From contig OZ242005.1 in assembly GCA_965204725.1 (NCBI GenBank), positions 2,592,001 to 2,656,000 of the forward strand: DNA of 64,000 nucleotides, in the 5' to 3' direction. The translations under genes were made by a program, and so were the position numbers. This DNA is from Candidatus Latescibacterota bacterium. Its GTDB lineage: Bacteria; Latescibacterota; UBA2968; UBA8231. Shown in pieces: positions 7,822 through 17,207 of the stretch (within the stretch, counting starts at the first letter, position 1; every line of letters begins with the position of its first letter). The notes under the pieces are model-generated. The model worked only from the letters and a program-made list of their open reading frames with translations. It was not told the DNA's origin and did not search any database.

Positions 7822-8615
7822 CGGATGTGGATGCCCGGGCCGGTCGCGCCGATCATCTGCACGGTGTTGTAGATAGACGCGGGCGTCGAAGCGCCGGTGA
7901 CGCCGGTGATGCCTTCGCTGCGCGCGACCTTGAGGTCAATGCCCGGGCCTTGGGCGTGGATTTCGACGACGGCTTCGCTCCACTCAGGGCTTACCAACAG
8001 CAACGAGTGCGTGCGGTCGAAGCCAATGCCGGCGTACGCAATGGCGGCGTGGGTGTTGACGTTGCGCGGGAAGAGCGGGCAAATGCCGCGCGTCGGGCCG
8101 TCGTAGAGGACCGTTTCCTCTTTAATGTCGTCGGGGTCGAGGCCAGCGGCCGCGCAATCGACGTTGTGCGGGGGCTTTTTCATCACCACATCGACCGACT
8201 CCCACACGTCGCGGTTTTCCAACAGCGCGTCCATGCCGACCACACCGCCGTGCGGGACAAAGGCGCGGGTCCCGGCGCGTCGGGTCGTCTCCTCAAGGGT
8301 GGCTTCCACGGCTGGGTCGGCCAAGGCGGTCACCGAAATGAACATGTAGTTGGTTTTTTCGAGTATGATGCGTCCCCACTGGCGGGTGACATCCGGGTGG
8401 GCCATCTCGACGACGAGGTCGGGCTGGCGCGCGGCAAAGTCGCCCAAATCCGCCAAACAGAGGTCGGCGGGGAGGTTTTGGACGGCCGCAGCTATTTGAT
8501 CGTGAACGAAGACGACTTCCATGCCGTTGGCTGGGTCGGCGTCTATCATCTCGTGGACGGCTTGGCCGATCTGGCCGTAGCCGATTAGGCCGATGCGGGT
8601 CGGTTTTTGGTGCAT
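7818..8615 (-). CDS. L-aspartate dehydrogenase (NadX)-family oxidoreductase, divergent
   Basis: IGLIGYGQIG, DLVVEMA, GGVVGMDAL, FPRNVN; start placed at MHQKP. Confidence 0.75.
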   Translation of the reverse strand: MHQKPTRIGLIGYGQIGQAVHEMIDADPANGMEVVFVHDQIAAAVQNLPADLCLADLGDFAARQPDLVVEMAHPDVTRQWGRIILEKTNYMFISVTALADPAVEATLEETTRRAGTRAFVPHGGVVGMDALLENRDVWESVDVVMKKPPHNVDCAAAGLDPDDIKEETVLYDGPTRGICPLFPRNVNTHAAIAYAGIGFDRTHSLLLVSPEWSEAVVEIHAQGPGIDLKVARSEGITGVTGASTPASIYNTVQMIGATGPGIHIR

Positions 8616-8703
8616 GGTCTGGCTCCTCAAAACGGGTGAAATCAGCCGTAGCGAATATAGGCACTCGCCAAGGATAGGGCGAACAAAGGCCGCGCCGCCC
8701 AAT

Positions 8704-11106
8704 CTATTTGCGCTCGGCGATTTTGCAGACCCAGATGCTGATTTCGTACAGCAGGAGCAAGGGCAGGGCCATTAGGATCTGGGAGACCGGGTCCGGCGGC
8801 GTGAAGATCGCGCCGAGGACGAAGATGCCGATGATGGCATAGCGGCGGATATGGCGCATCCGCGCCGCAGTCAGCACCCCGACCTTGGCCAAAAAGAGCG
8901 ACAGCACGGGCATTTCAAAGACGATGCCAAAACCCGCTATGAGCCGCAGCACAAAGCCGATGTACTCGTCGGCTGCCCATTGCGAGGTCATGTCGGGCGG
9001 CTCGAGCGAGAGGAAAAAGCGCAGCCCGAGCGGGAGGACGATGGAGTAGGCAATCAGCGCCCCGACCGCGAAGCAGAAAACGCTCAGCGAGATAATGGGC
9101 ACCATGAGTTGTTTCTCGCGCTGCAAAAGCCCCGGCGCCACAAAGCGCCAAGTTTGGTAAAAGACGACCGGCAGCGCGAGCAACAGCCCACCGACAAAGG
9201 CGATTTGCAGGCTGATGAAAAAGTAAGTCATGGGCCGCAGGGCTTGCAGTCGGCGCGTCGGCGGCAGGTCGGCGGGGGGCGCGTCCGGTTGGGGCGCAGC
9301 ATCGGACAGGCCCAACCACTGGCGCACCAGTTGTTCGACGGCCCGCACCGCGCCCGCGGATTGCTGGCTCTCCAAGCTGAAGACGGCTTCTTCGTACGGC
9401 CGGGTCAAGATCTGCATGATCGAGTCGGAGAAGGCGAAGCAGAGTACCGCGCCCACAGTGAGCGCGCCGAGGGCCTTGAGAATGCGCCAGCGGAGTTCTT
9501 CGAGGTGGTCGAGAAAGGGCATGTTGGCTTCCCGGGGCGGGTCTGGCGGGTCTGGTTCGGGGCGAGCGTCTGCTTCTGCGGGTTCGGGGGCCTTGCGGAA
9601 GAGGGCGACGAACGCGCCCAAGGCGATTAGCAGGCAGCCGTAGGCAAAGAGGTCGCCGTGCCGCGTGTAAAAGGTCGTCGGCTGGCCGACCGGCACCGTC
9701 GCGACCGCAACCGCCGGCGCGAAGAGGTCGGTCGCCTCGTAGGTGCGGCCAAACGGGTCGATGAACAGGGAAATGCCGGTGGTGGCTGCGCGGGCGATGG
9801 CCGTGCGGTTTTCAACGGCGCGCATGGCGTTGATGAGCGCGTGTTGGTAAGGGCCGGCGCTGCGGCCGAACCACGAGTCATTGGTGATGTTGACCAGCAC
9901 CCGCGCCCCAGCCGCCACGTGCTGGCGCACTAACGCGGGAAAGATGGACTCAAAGCAGATAAGCACGGCAAAGGGGTGCCGAGGATGGGCAAAAATCGCG
10001 TGTTCCGTGCCGCGCGCGAATTCGGCCGGGCCGAGGTCGCCGGTCAGGCGGGTCCAGTCGATGTCGCGCAGCAGGGGGATGGCGTCTCGATAGGGCGTCC
10101 GCTCGCCAAAGGGCACCAAGTGCATCTTGGCGTACCAAGGCAGGGCAGTGGCCTCGGGCTCGACGAAGAAGGCCGCGTTGTACTGGGCGTGCGGCGCGCC
10201 GGTGAGCACGGGAATGTCCAGTTCCTCGACGAGTGCTTGGACGCGGCCTCGGCAATCGGCTCGGCGTACGGGGTCGCACGGCAGGGCGGTTTCGGGCCAG
10301 ACCAGCAGCTCGGGATCGCGCTTGGCCGCTTGGCGCGAGAGGGTGGCGAGGGCCGAGAAACTGCGCTCCAGCCCGTTTGGACCCCACTTGTCGGCGTAGG
10401 TGGTGTTCGGTTGGATCAGGCCGATGCGCAGGCCCTCGGCCGGGACGGCCGCTGCTAGGGCGCTCTGCGCGTGGAGCCAAGGCAAGAGATAGCCCAAGGC
10501 AACGCCCCCGAGAAAGACTCGGCGCTCAACGAGTGCCAAATAGAACAGCGCGTTGAGACCGACGACCCAGCAGGAGACGCCAAAGACCCCGGTTGCGGTG
10601 GCGTATTGGATGAAATGGGGCAGGGCCGCTTGGCTGTGCCCCAGCAAGAGCCAAGGAAACCCCAACTCCCCGAGCGAGAGCGCATACTCCTGCCCGGTCC
10701 ACAACAAGGGCAGCAGCGCGAGGGCCTTGGTGCCCCACCGCACGGCGAGCACGTTGAACAGCCCAGTGCAAAGGCCGGTAAAAAGGCCCAAATAAGCGGC
10801 CATCAGCCCGGTGCCCGCGACGACGGCCGGGCCTCCGCCTTGGGTATAGGCCACCCAGTACAGGGACAGCAGGTTCCAGACCAAACCGCTGATCCAGCCC
10901 ATGGCCAAGCCGGCTTTGAAGCCGCGATCTTTCAGGGCCAGCAGCAAAGGCACCAAGGCACCATGGGCCCAGAGCGGATGATAGAGAACGGCGAGCGGGT
11001 GATCCGGGTGGTTGGGAAAGGCCAGCGAGAGCAAGGCCCCGCTTAGTGCAGCGAGCAGCAGGCGGTGCAGCGAGGTTGGGGCTAGGACCAAGCGCGGGTT
11101 AGACAT
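8704..11106 (-). CDS. lnt-tatC: Apolipoprotein N-acyltransferase fused to Tat translocase TatC
   Basis: Single 800-aa ORF: GFPW, WPETA, KMHLVPFGE, ICFESIF, NDSWFG (Lnt), Pro-rich linker, then MPFLDHLEELR, FEMP, FTPPDPVSQ (TatC). Confidence 0.9.
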   Translation of the reverse strand: MSNPRLVLAPTSLHRLLLAALSGALLSLAFPNHPDHPLAVLYHPLWAHGALVPLLLALKDRGFKAGLAMGWISGLVWNLLSLYWVAYTQGGGPAVVAGTGLMAAYLGLFTGLCTGLFNVLAVRWGTKALALLPLLWTGQEYALSLGELGFPWLLLGHSQAALPHFIQYATATGVFGVSCWVVGLNALFYLALVERRVFLGGVALGYLLPWLHAQSALAAAVPAEGLRIGLIQPNTTYADKWGPNGLERSFSALATLSRQAAKRDPELLVWPETALPCDPVRRADCRGRVQALVEELDIPVLTGAPHAQYNAAFFVEPEATALPWYAKMHLVPFGERTPYRDAIPLLRDIDWTRLTGDLGPAEFARGTEHAIFAHPRHPFAVLICFESIFPALVRQHVAAGARVLVNITNDSWFGRSAGPYQHALINAMRAVENRTAIARAATTGISLFIDPFGRTYEATDLFAPAVAVATVPVGQPTTFYTRHGDLFAYGCLLIALGAFVALFRKAPEPAEADARPEPDPPDPPREANMPFLDHLEELRWRILKALGALTVGAVLCFAFSDSIMQILTRPYEEAVFSLESQQSAGAVRAVEQLVRQWLGLSDAAPQPDAPPADLPPTRRLQALRPMTYFFISLQIAFVGGLLLALPVVFYQTWRFVAPGLLQREKQLMVPIISLSVFCFAVGALIAYSIVLPLGLRFFLSLEPPDMTSQWAADEYIGFVLRLIAGFGIVFEMPVLSLFLAKVGVLTAARMRHIRRYAIIGIFVLGAIFTPPDPVSQILMALPLLLLYEISIWVCKIAERK

Positions 11107-11284
11107 CGGCTAGTGGGGGGGAGGTAGTGTGCATCAATTATAGAAGGGCGGGCGGGGCGGAGCAAGGCGCTGGCACGGATTCTGCTTATACGTCGGTTGC
11201 GTCTAGTGTCTCGATGTTCGTGGGGGCTAGACGCTACATTCGCGTGGTTTTTTTGTTACAGCTTTGCCCAAGGAGGAACGCGCC

Positions 11285-12004
11285 GTGCCAACGCACACTC
11301 AGCCCATTGACTACGACTTTGCCGCCCGCATTGTGGGCGAGGGGCCGCCCGCCCGCCCCGACGAACTGCCGCGGGAGCGGCTCGCACGCTTGGGGCCGCA
11401 GGCCCTCAAGGACCCAGAGCTGTTGGCCGTGGCTTTGGGGACGGGGTATCGCGGTCGGCACGTGCTGGACTTGGCCGAGAGCATCCTCGCCGATTACCCC
11501 AAGGAATCGCTGGTAGATATGGATTTGGGGCAACTGAGCCGGATCAAGGGGCTGGGCAAGGCCAAGGCCGGGGTCTTGGTCGCGGCGTTTGAACTGGCCC
11601 GCCGCGGGTTGCACAAGGGCTTGGGGGTGCGCCCGGTGATTAGTGCGCCCGGCGACGCGCTGTCCATGCTTTCCGACATCAAGGACCAGCAGCGCGAACA
11701 CTTCCTCTGCCTGTATCTCAACGCCCGCAATCAGGTGATCCACAAGGAAGTCGTGTCCATCGGCAGTCTATCTTCGGCCATCGTGCATCCGCGCGAGGTT
11801 TTTCGCACGGCTGTTGCGCAGGCTGCGGCCAGCGTCATATTGGCGCACAACCATCCCTCCGGCGATGTGTCGCCCAGTCAGGACGACATCAACCTGACGC
11901 GGCGCTTGGTGCAGGCCGGCGAAATCATGGGCATTGACGTGCTCGACCATCTCATCATTGGCAGCGACGATTTTCTCAGCTTGAAGGAGCGCGGCTTGAT
12001 ATGA
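11285..12004 (+). CDS. radC: RadC-family JAB-domain protein
   Basis: PRERL, ELLAVALGTG, VHPREVF, AHNHPSG, LDHLIIG; AGGAGG before GTG 11285. Confidence 0.92.
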   Translation: MPTHTQPIDYDFAARIVGEGPPARPDELPRERLARLGPQALKDPELLAVALGTGYRGRHVLDLAESILADYPKESLVDMDLGQLSRIKGLGKAKAGVLVAAFELARRGLHKGLGVRPVISAPGDALSMLSDIKDQQREHFLCLYLNARNQVIHKEVVSIGSLSSAIVHPREVFRTAVAQAAASVILAHNHPSGDVSPSQDDINLTRRLVQAGEIMGIDVLDHLIIGSDDFLSLKERGLI

Positions 12005-12081
12005 AGCGAGAAAATTGTATTTGCCCGGCAAAAGCCTATATTACTGACGAGCGCAGCAATCTACACGAGGATACTCCAGCA

Positions 12082-12765
12082 ATGAAAGACGAAAACGGTC
12101 ATCTGATCCCGGTGTACATTTTCGACATGTACTCCTATCCAGACGCGGAGCAGGGTTTGGGCCTGCCGCAGAAGTACTTGGTTTTGCTCAAGGGCGCGGA
12201 AAACAGCGTAGTCCCCATTACGATCGGTCACTTTGAGGGCCAAGCCCTCGCCATGGCGGTCCGCAAAATCGCCTTGCCGCGCCCCCTGCCGCACGATCTG
12301 TTGTGCAACCTGCTCAAGCGAATCAACGCCGTGGTCCACAAGCTGGTGATCCACACCCTCAAAGAAGACGTTTTCCATGCGTACCTGCTGGTCCAAGCCC
12401 AAGGCCAGTCCTTCTATCTCGACTGTCGCCCCAGCGACGGCATGGTCGTGGCCACGCTCTTGGGCGTACCGCTCTTTCTGACCCCAGAGGTAATGGAGGC
12501 GGCTGGCCAACCGCTGGAGCGCTCCGACCAGCGCGAAGCGGCCCAGAGCGAACAAGCCGCTGCCCCCGAGGTAGCCCCAGACGCGCCCGCAGAGGATGCG
12601 GGTGCCGCGCGAAAGGCCGAGGCGTTCGTGGACCCGCAGACCGGCGAGCCGATAAGCCAGTTGGAGCAACTCAAGGCGCACTTGGACTGGCTCATCGCCC
12701 AAGAGGCCTACGAGCAGGCCGCCAAGGTCCGCGACCGCATCAGCGAGCTAGAATCCGAAGGCTAA
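12082..12765 (+). CDS. Bifunctional nuclease (DUF151) with C-terminal UVR domain
   Basis: PITIGHFEG, RPLPHDL, DCRPSDG; EAYEQAAKVRDRI. Confidence 0.85.
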   Translation: MKDENGHLIPVYIFDMYSYPDAEQGLGLPQKYLVLLKGAENSVVPITIGHFEGQALAMAVRKIALPRPLPHDLLCNLLKRINAVVHKLVIHTLKEDVFHAYLLVQAQGQSFYLDCRPSDGMVVATLLGVPLFLTPEVMEAAGQPLERSDQREAAQSEQAAAPEVAPDAPAEDAGAARKAEAFVDPQTGEPISQLEQLKAHLDWLIAQEAYEQAAKVRDRISELESEG

Positions 12766-12792
12766 AGGAGACACTCGCCGCGCCGCGGTTGG

Positions 12793-12833
12793 ACGCTCTT
12801 GCACTGCTGTTGTGGGTGTAGGGGCGTTTTTTT
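12793..12833 (+). terminator. Intrinsic terminator
   Basis: ACGCTCTTGCAC / GTGTAGGGGCGT stem (with G-U pairs) followed by a T-tract. Confidence 0.6.
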
Positions 12834-12852
12834 ATGCAACTGCCTGCCGTCG

Positions 12853-14751
12853 TCAGCCCGTGCGTCGTTTTGATCGTCCTTGGGTATGGGCGTGGAGGAA
12901 GACCATTAGCGAGGAGAGGTCGGCCGGCGAGACCCCGGAAATGCGCGATGCCTGTCCTAGGGTCTGTGGGCGAATCGCCGCGAGCTTTTGGCGCGCTTCG
13001 GTCGAAATGTTCAGCCCGGGAGCGGCGAAGTCAAAATCGGTCGGCAGGCGCAGGGATTCGAGGCGCTTGAGCTTTTGCGCTTGGGTTTCTTGGCGCTTGA
13101 TGTACCCCGCGTATTTGATCTCGGCTTCGACGTGTTCGGCCGCATCCGGGGCGAGAGGCTGTGGCGGCGGGGCAAATTCGCAGAGGTGGTCGTAGTTGAG
13201 TTGGGGGCGGCGCAGCAACTCGGCGAGCGAGGTTGATTCGGTGATGGGAGCCGTGTCCTGCCGCGCCAAGACCTCTCGCACCTTCTCGGTCGGTTTGACG
13301 CGCTCGTGCCGCAGGCGTTCGCGCTCGGCTTTGACCTGTTGCTGCTTGGTCTGGAACCGACGCCACAGGTCGTCGCCGATCAACCCCAGTGCTCGGCCCT
13401 TGGCCATCAGCCGATCGTCGGCGTTGTCCTCGCGCAAGAGCAGGCGATGCTCGGCCCGCGAGGTGAAGATGCGGTACGGCTCGAGCGTACCTTTGGTCAC
13501 TAAGTCGTCAATTAGGACGCCGATGTAGGCATCGGCGCGGGTGAGGACCAGCGGGTCGTCGCCGCGCGCCTTGAGCACGGCGTTGATGCCCGCCATAATC
13601 CCTTGGGCCGCGGCTTCTTCGTAGCCAGTGGTGCCGTTGATCTGGCCGGCGAAGAACAAATTGGCCACGCGCTTGGTCTCTAGGTGCGGGTAGAGTTGGG
13701 TCGGCGGGGCGTAATCGTATTCGACCGCGTAGGCCGGGCGCATGATCTCAGCCCGTTCGAGACCGGGCAGGGAGCGCACGATCGGGGTTTGCAGGGCCTC
13801 CGGCAGGCTCATCGACAGGCCATTGAGATAAAACTCAAGGGTGCGACGCCCTTCTGGCTCGACGAAAACTTGGTGCCGCTCCTTGTCGGCAAAGCGCGCA
13901 ATTTTGTCCTCTATGGAGGGGCAGTAGCGCGGGCCGATGCCTTCGATGCGCCCGCTGTACATGGCCGAGTGCGACAGGTTGGCTCGGACGATCTCGTGGG
14001 TGTGGGCATGGGTGTAGGTGATCCAGCAGGGCATTTGCGGCTGGACAATTTTTTCCACCGCATAGGAAAAGGGGCGCGGGGGATCATCTCCGGGCTGTTC
14101 CTCAAACGCGGCAAAGTCGAGTGTGCGGCCGTTGACGCGGGGGGGGGTGCCCGTTTTGAGCCGGCCGGTCTCAAAACCGAGCGCGACCAAGCCTTCGGCG
14201 GCCTTTTCAGCGGCGGTCTCGCCAGCGCGACCTGCGCTATAAGAAAAATCGCCGACGTGGATCTTGCCGCGGAGGAAGGTGCCGGTCGTCAGAATGACGG
14301 TGCGCCCTCGGTAGGCAATGCCGCCCTTGACGCCAATGCCTTGGACGGCCCCTTCCTCAATCAGCAAGCGCTCCATCAGACCTTGGCGGATGTCGAGATG
14401 CGCTTGCTGTTCGCAGGCGTACTTCAGCTCAAATTGGTAATCCTTTTTGTCGGCTTGCGCCCGCGAGGCGCGCACGGCCGGCCCACGCGAGGTGTTGAGG
14501 CGGCGGAACTGAATGCCGGTGCGGTCGATATTGACGGCCATCTGGCCGCCGAGCGCGTCGATTTCCTTGACGATGTGCCCCTTGCCGATCCCGCCGATAG
14601 CCGGGTTGCAGGATAGCTGGCCAATCGTGTCCAAGTTCATGGTCAGGAGCAAGGTCTCGGCTCCCATGCGCGCGGCGGCGAGCGCGGCCTCCGTGCCGGC
14701 GTGGCCGCCACCGACGACGATGACTTGGTACGCTTTCTCGTAGAAAATCAC
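12853..14751 (-). CDS. mnmG: tRNA uridine-5-carboxymethylaminomethyl synthesis enzyme MnmG
   Basis: [49 protein letters not shown]; GTG start overlaps the upstream stop. Confidence 0.97.
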   Translation of the reverse strand: MIFYEKAYQVIVVGGGHAGTEAALAAARMGAETLLLTMNLDTIGQLSCNPAIGGIGKGHIVKEIDALGGQMAVNIDRTGIQFRRLNTSRGPAVRASRAQADKKDYQFELKYACEQQAHLDIRQGLMERLLIEEGAVQGIGVKGGIAYRGRTVILTTGTFLRGKIHVGDFSYSAGRAGETAAEKAAEGLVALGFETGRLKTGTPPRVNGRTLDFAAFEEQPGDDPPRPFSYAVEKIVQPQMPCWITYTHAHTHEIVRANLSHSAMYSGRIEGIGPRYCPSIEDKIARFADKERHQVFVEPEGRRTLEFYLNGLSMSLPEALQTPIVRSLPGLERAEIMRPAYAVEYDYAPPTQLYPHLETKRVANLFFAGQINGTTGYEEAAAQGIMAGINAVLKARGDDPLVLTRADAYIGVLIDDLVTKGTLEPYRIFTSRAEHRLLLREDNADDRLMAKGRALGLIGDDLWRRFQTKQQQVKAERERLRHERVKPTEKVREVLARQDTAPITESTSLAELLRRPQLNYDHLCEFAPPPQPLAPDAAEHVEAEIKYAGYIKRQETQAQKLKRLESLRLPTDFDFAAPGLNISTEARQKLAAIRPQTLGQASRISGVSPADLSSLMVFLHAHTQGRSKRRTG

Positions 14752-15029
14752 GACTGTTTGTACGCGGCGAGGATGCGGTCGCCTTCCTCTTGGGTTTCGC
14801 GCAGGAGCGTTTGTAGCACGTCTTCGGGGGTGCCGGTGCGCTCTTGCTTGGCGGACCAGTGCCACTGCTCCAAGTAGGCGTCGCTGCCGACGAGCCCTTC
14901 CTGCATGGCGATGCGGTCGATCGCCTGTTGGAAGCGGGCGGGCAGGGTATGCGAGCGCGGCCGGCGGTCGACAAAGAGCTTGATTTGCGCGGGAATGTCG
15001 CGCCAGTAGAGGACTTGGTATTGAATCAT
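14748..15029 (-). CDS. 'Virulence factor' (Virulence_fact) domain protein, usually linked to split MetH/MetF loci
   Basis: [26 protein letters not shown]. Confidence 0.8.
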   Translation of the reverse strand: MIQYQVLYWRDIPAQIKLFVDRRPRSHTLPARFQQAIDRIAMQEGLVGSDAYLEQWHWSAKQERTGTPEDVLQTLLRETQEEGDRILAAYKQS

Positions 15030-16030
15030 GCGGCTAGTACTTGGCGAAAGGCGCGGATGTGGTCGGGCGTGGTGCCGCAGCAGCCGCCGATGATCTGGAC
15101 GCCGGCCGCGGCCAAGTCTGGGAGGTGCGCGGCCATTTCCGCGGGGCTTTGCGAGTAGATGGTGCGGAGGGCGCTGTTAAGCCGCGGCATGCCGGCGTTG
15201 GGATAGGTCATCAGCTTCTTGTCGAGGCCGCGCTCCTGCATGGCGGCCTTAAACTGGGCAACGCCGTGGAGGGCGTACGGCATGCCGGTGTGCTCGTTGC
15301 GCCGGGTCTCGGCACCGCAGTTGACCCCGACGAGGTGGACGTGGTCGAGCAGGTTGTCGCCCCCGGAGTATTGGCCCGAGGCGAGTATGTCCAAAAGGTC
15401 GGCGGCCGAGTGCCCCCAATCGGTGCGATAGACGATCTGCTTGCTTTTGCGGTCCCGCGTGTATTTAAGCGCGAGGTTGACGGCCATGGGCAGGCCGGTC
15501 TGGCGGACGATATTGCAGATCATGGCCGCTTCGACCGCGGAAAACTGAGTCTCAACCGAGAAGAAATCGACCCCGCCTTCGTAAAGCGCGTCGATGATGC
15601 GCTGATGCGCGGCGCGGACCTTGTCGTTGGCAATGCCGAAATCCGTACTGCCCGCGTCGGCTTCAATGGCCCCGGGGGAGGGGCCGATGGAGCCGGCGAT
15701 GAAGACATCCCGCTCGCCGAGTTCCCGGGCGCGCTGGGCGAGCTCGGCCCCGCGCTGGGCCAGCGCACCGGCTTGAGCCGGGTCTTTGCCGGCCATGGCC
15801 AAGTGCAACTCCGAGGCGACAAAGGTGTTGGTGCCAATGCAGTCGGCCCCCGCGGCAATGTAGTCGGCATGAATGGCGACGACGGCCTCGGGGTGGCTTT
15901 CGTTGGCGAGGGTGGAGTTGGTCAGCTCGACTTGGCGAGCGAAAAGCTCGGAGCCAAAGCCGCCATCGTACAAGAGAGGGCGCGGGTCGTCGAGGCACTG
16001 GAGGAAAGGGGACACAGGGCAGGTCTCCAT
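15026..16030 (-). CDS. Stand-alone homocysteine S-methyltransferase domain
   Basis: [46 protein letters not shown]. Confidence 0.9.
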   Translation of the reverse strand: METCPVSPFLQCLDDPRPLLYDGGFGSELFARQVELTNSTLANESHPEAVVAIHADYIAAGADCIGTNTFVASELHLAMAGKDPAQAGALAQRGAELAQRARELGERDVFIAGSIGPSPGAIEADAGSTDFGIANDKVRAAHQRIIDALYEGGVDFFSVETQFSAVEAAMICNIVRQTGLPMAVNLALKYTRDRKSKQIVYRTDWGHSAADLLDILASGQYSGGDNLLDHVHLVGVNCGAETRRNEHTGMPYALHGVAQFKAAMQERGLDKKLMTYPNAGMPRLNSALRTIYSQSPAEMAAHLPDLAAAGVQIIGGCCGTTPDHIRAFRQVLAA

Positions 16031-16086
16031 CTAGGACAGGGTGTCGGCGCAGGAGCCGCTGAACAGCCATTCGAGCAAGCGTTGGC
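16031..16086 (-). pseudogene. Displaced original 3' end of the esterase gene (QRLLEWLFSGSCADTLS*)
   Basis: Shares 22 bp with 23461-23482; its TAG directly abuts the ATG of the homocysteine methyltransferase gene. Confidence 0.7.
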
Positions 16087-16148
16087 TAAGATATGAGAGA
16101 CATCTTTATCGCGGGATAGCGAAAGCGCATTATCTATCATTTATTGTG

Positions 16149-17207
16149 CTAACTGTAGTTGAATTGCACCAGTTTAAGGGCTTTTTTCGGTTCCAACGGA
16201 TGTAGGTGGGCAAGGTTATTGCGGGCGTCACGTAGGTATTTGACTTTGTTATGAACTTTACAATAAGTATGGGACCACACAGACCTCTCAAGTTCACTGA
16301 GCTCCACATCAAGAGGATCCTTACACTGTAACGCTCTCTGAAATTTAGACATGTTGTTGCGGACGATCTTGACACGTTGGGACTCTATCTGTGGTAAAAG
16401 CACTGCTGCTTGGGCACTCCAAAGGCGGATCTGGAGTGTACGCGGTGGCTCCTCAAGAGAGGCGAGAGCGGCATGCTCGATTCCAGACTTTGACGCGGTT
16501 CCAAGTTGCCAATCTAAGGGTGTGTGGAGCGTCCATCCTTTTTCTTTCGCAACAGATCGCAGCATTTCGCAAGGTGACAGAATAACATGGGGCCTCTCGT
16601 CGAGTAAGCGCATTGCGATGTCGAAATCCCAAGATGCTATGTAGGCTACCGTTGTGGCTAGAAGGATGCGTTGGGAATAGTTCATTCCTTTTTGCAACAG
16701 ACGGTCATTGGCCCAGAACAGGAGGTCCATTTCGTCAAGAACATCGCTCCAGTCATGTGTTTCCATCGTCACATCGTTTTTCGGTGGCTCCTCGGGCGGC
16801 TTTCCCTCAAGAGGCACAATAAATAAGGTCCGACCAAGAGATGACATGGCCCGATTCACCTGCGCGTATTTGGTGAGGAATTCTTGCCATTGCTGCCACA
16901 CCTTGGGGTGTACGCTGTCCAACCAAATAAGCTTGCCACGAAAACCCTCGTGTTCACAGAGTCCATGCAAGTCTCCTGTATTCGATAATACGCTAGGTGC
17001 GTACTTCTTACATAGCCCCTCAAACGGAGAACTCGTACACTTGAACCTTACAAAGTTCAATCCTTGCACATCTTTTATAATCGCATCTTGGAATCCTAGT
17101 GGCATCGTACCTGGGAACCTTACGATTACGCTCACACCATCGTTTAATGATCGCCCTATCGCTTTCAGAAAACGTACGGCACCGGACAATTCCCAAAGTC
17201 TCATCAT
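16149..17207 (-). CDS. Hypothetical protein with C-terminal HEPN-type RxxxxH motif and possible degenerate NTPase fold
   Basis: LRDARNNLAHLHPL near the C-terminus; KLIWLDSV Walker-B-like strand; ATGA overlap with the upstream ATPase. Confidence 0.6.
   Translation of the reverse strand: MMRLWELSGAVRFLKAIGRSLNDGVSVIVRFPGTMPLGFQDAIIKDVQGLNFVRFKCTSSPFEGLCKKYAPSVLSNTGDLHGLCEHEGFRGKLIWLDSVHPKVWQQWQEFLTKYAQVNRAMSSLGRTLFIVPLEGKPPEEPPKNDVTMETHDWSDVLDEMDLLFWANDRLLQKGMNYSQRILLATTVAYIASWDFDIAMRLLDERPHVILSPCEMLRSVAKEKGWTLHTPLDWQLGTASKSGIEHAALASLEEPPRTLQIRLWSAQAAVLLPQIESQRVKIVRNNMSKFQRALQCKDPLDVELSELERSVWSHTYCKVHNKVKYLRDARNNLAHLHPLEPKKALKLVQFNYS

Noticed and set aside
6745-8588. Long plus-strand ORFs (375 and 253 aa) and similar antisense ORFs across the window
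   Set aside because: Shadow frames of well-supported genes in GC-rich DNA, with no recognisable motifs
11199-11234. GCGTCTAG...CTAGACGC inverted repeat between lnt-tatC and radC
   Set aside because: Single 8-bp arms with no second copy or recognisable operator; cannot assign a function
11285-12004. radC as a marker of a mobile element
   Set aside because: Full-length form with backbone-like composition and housekeeping neighbours
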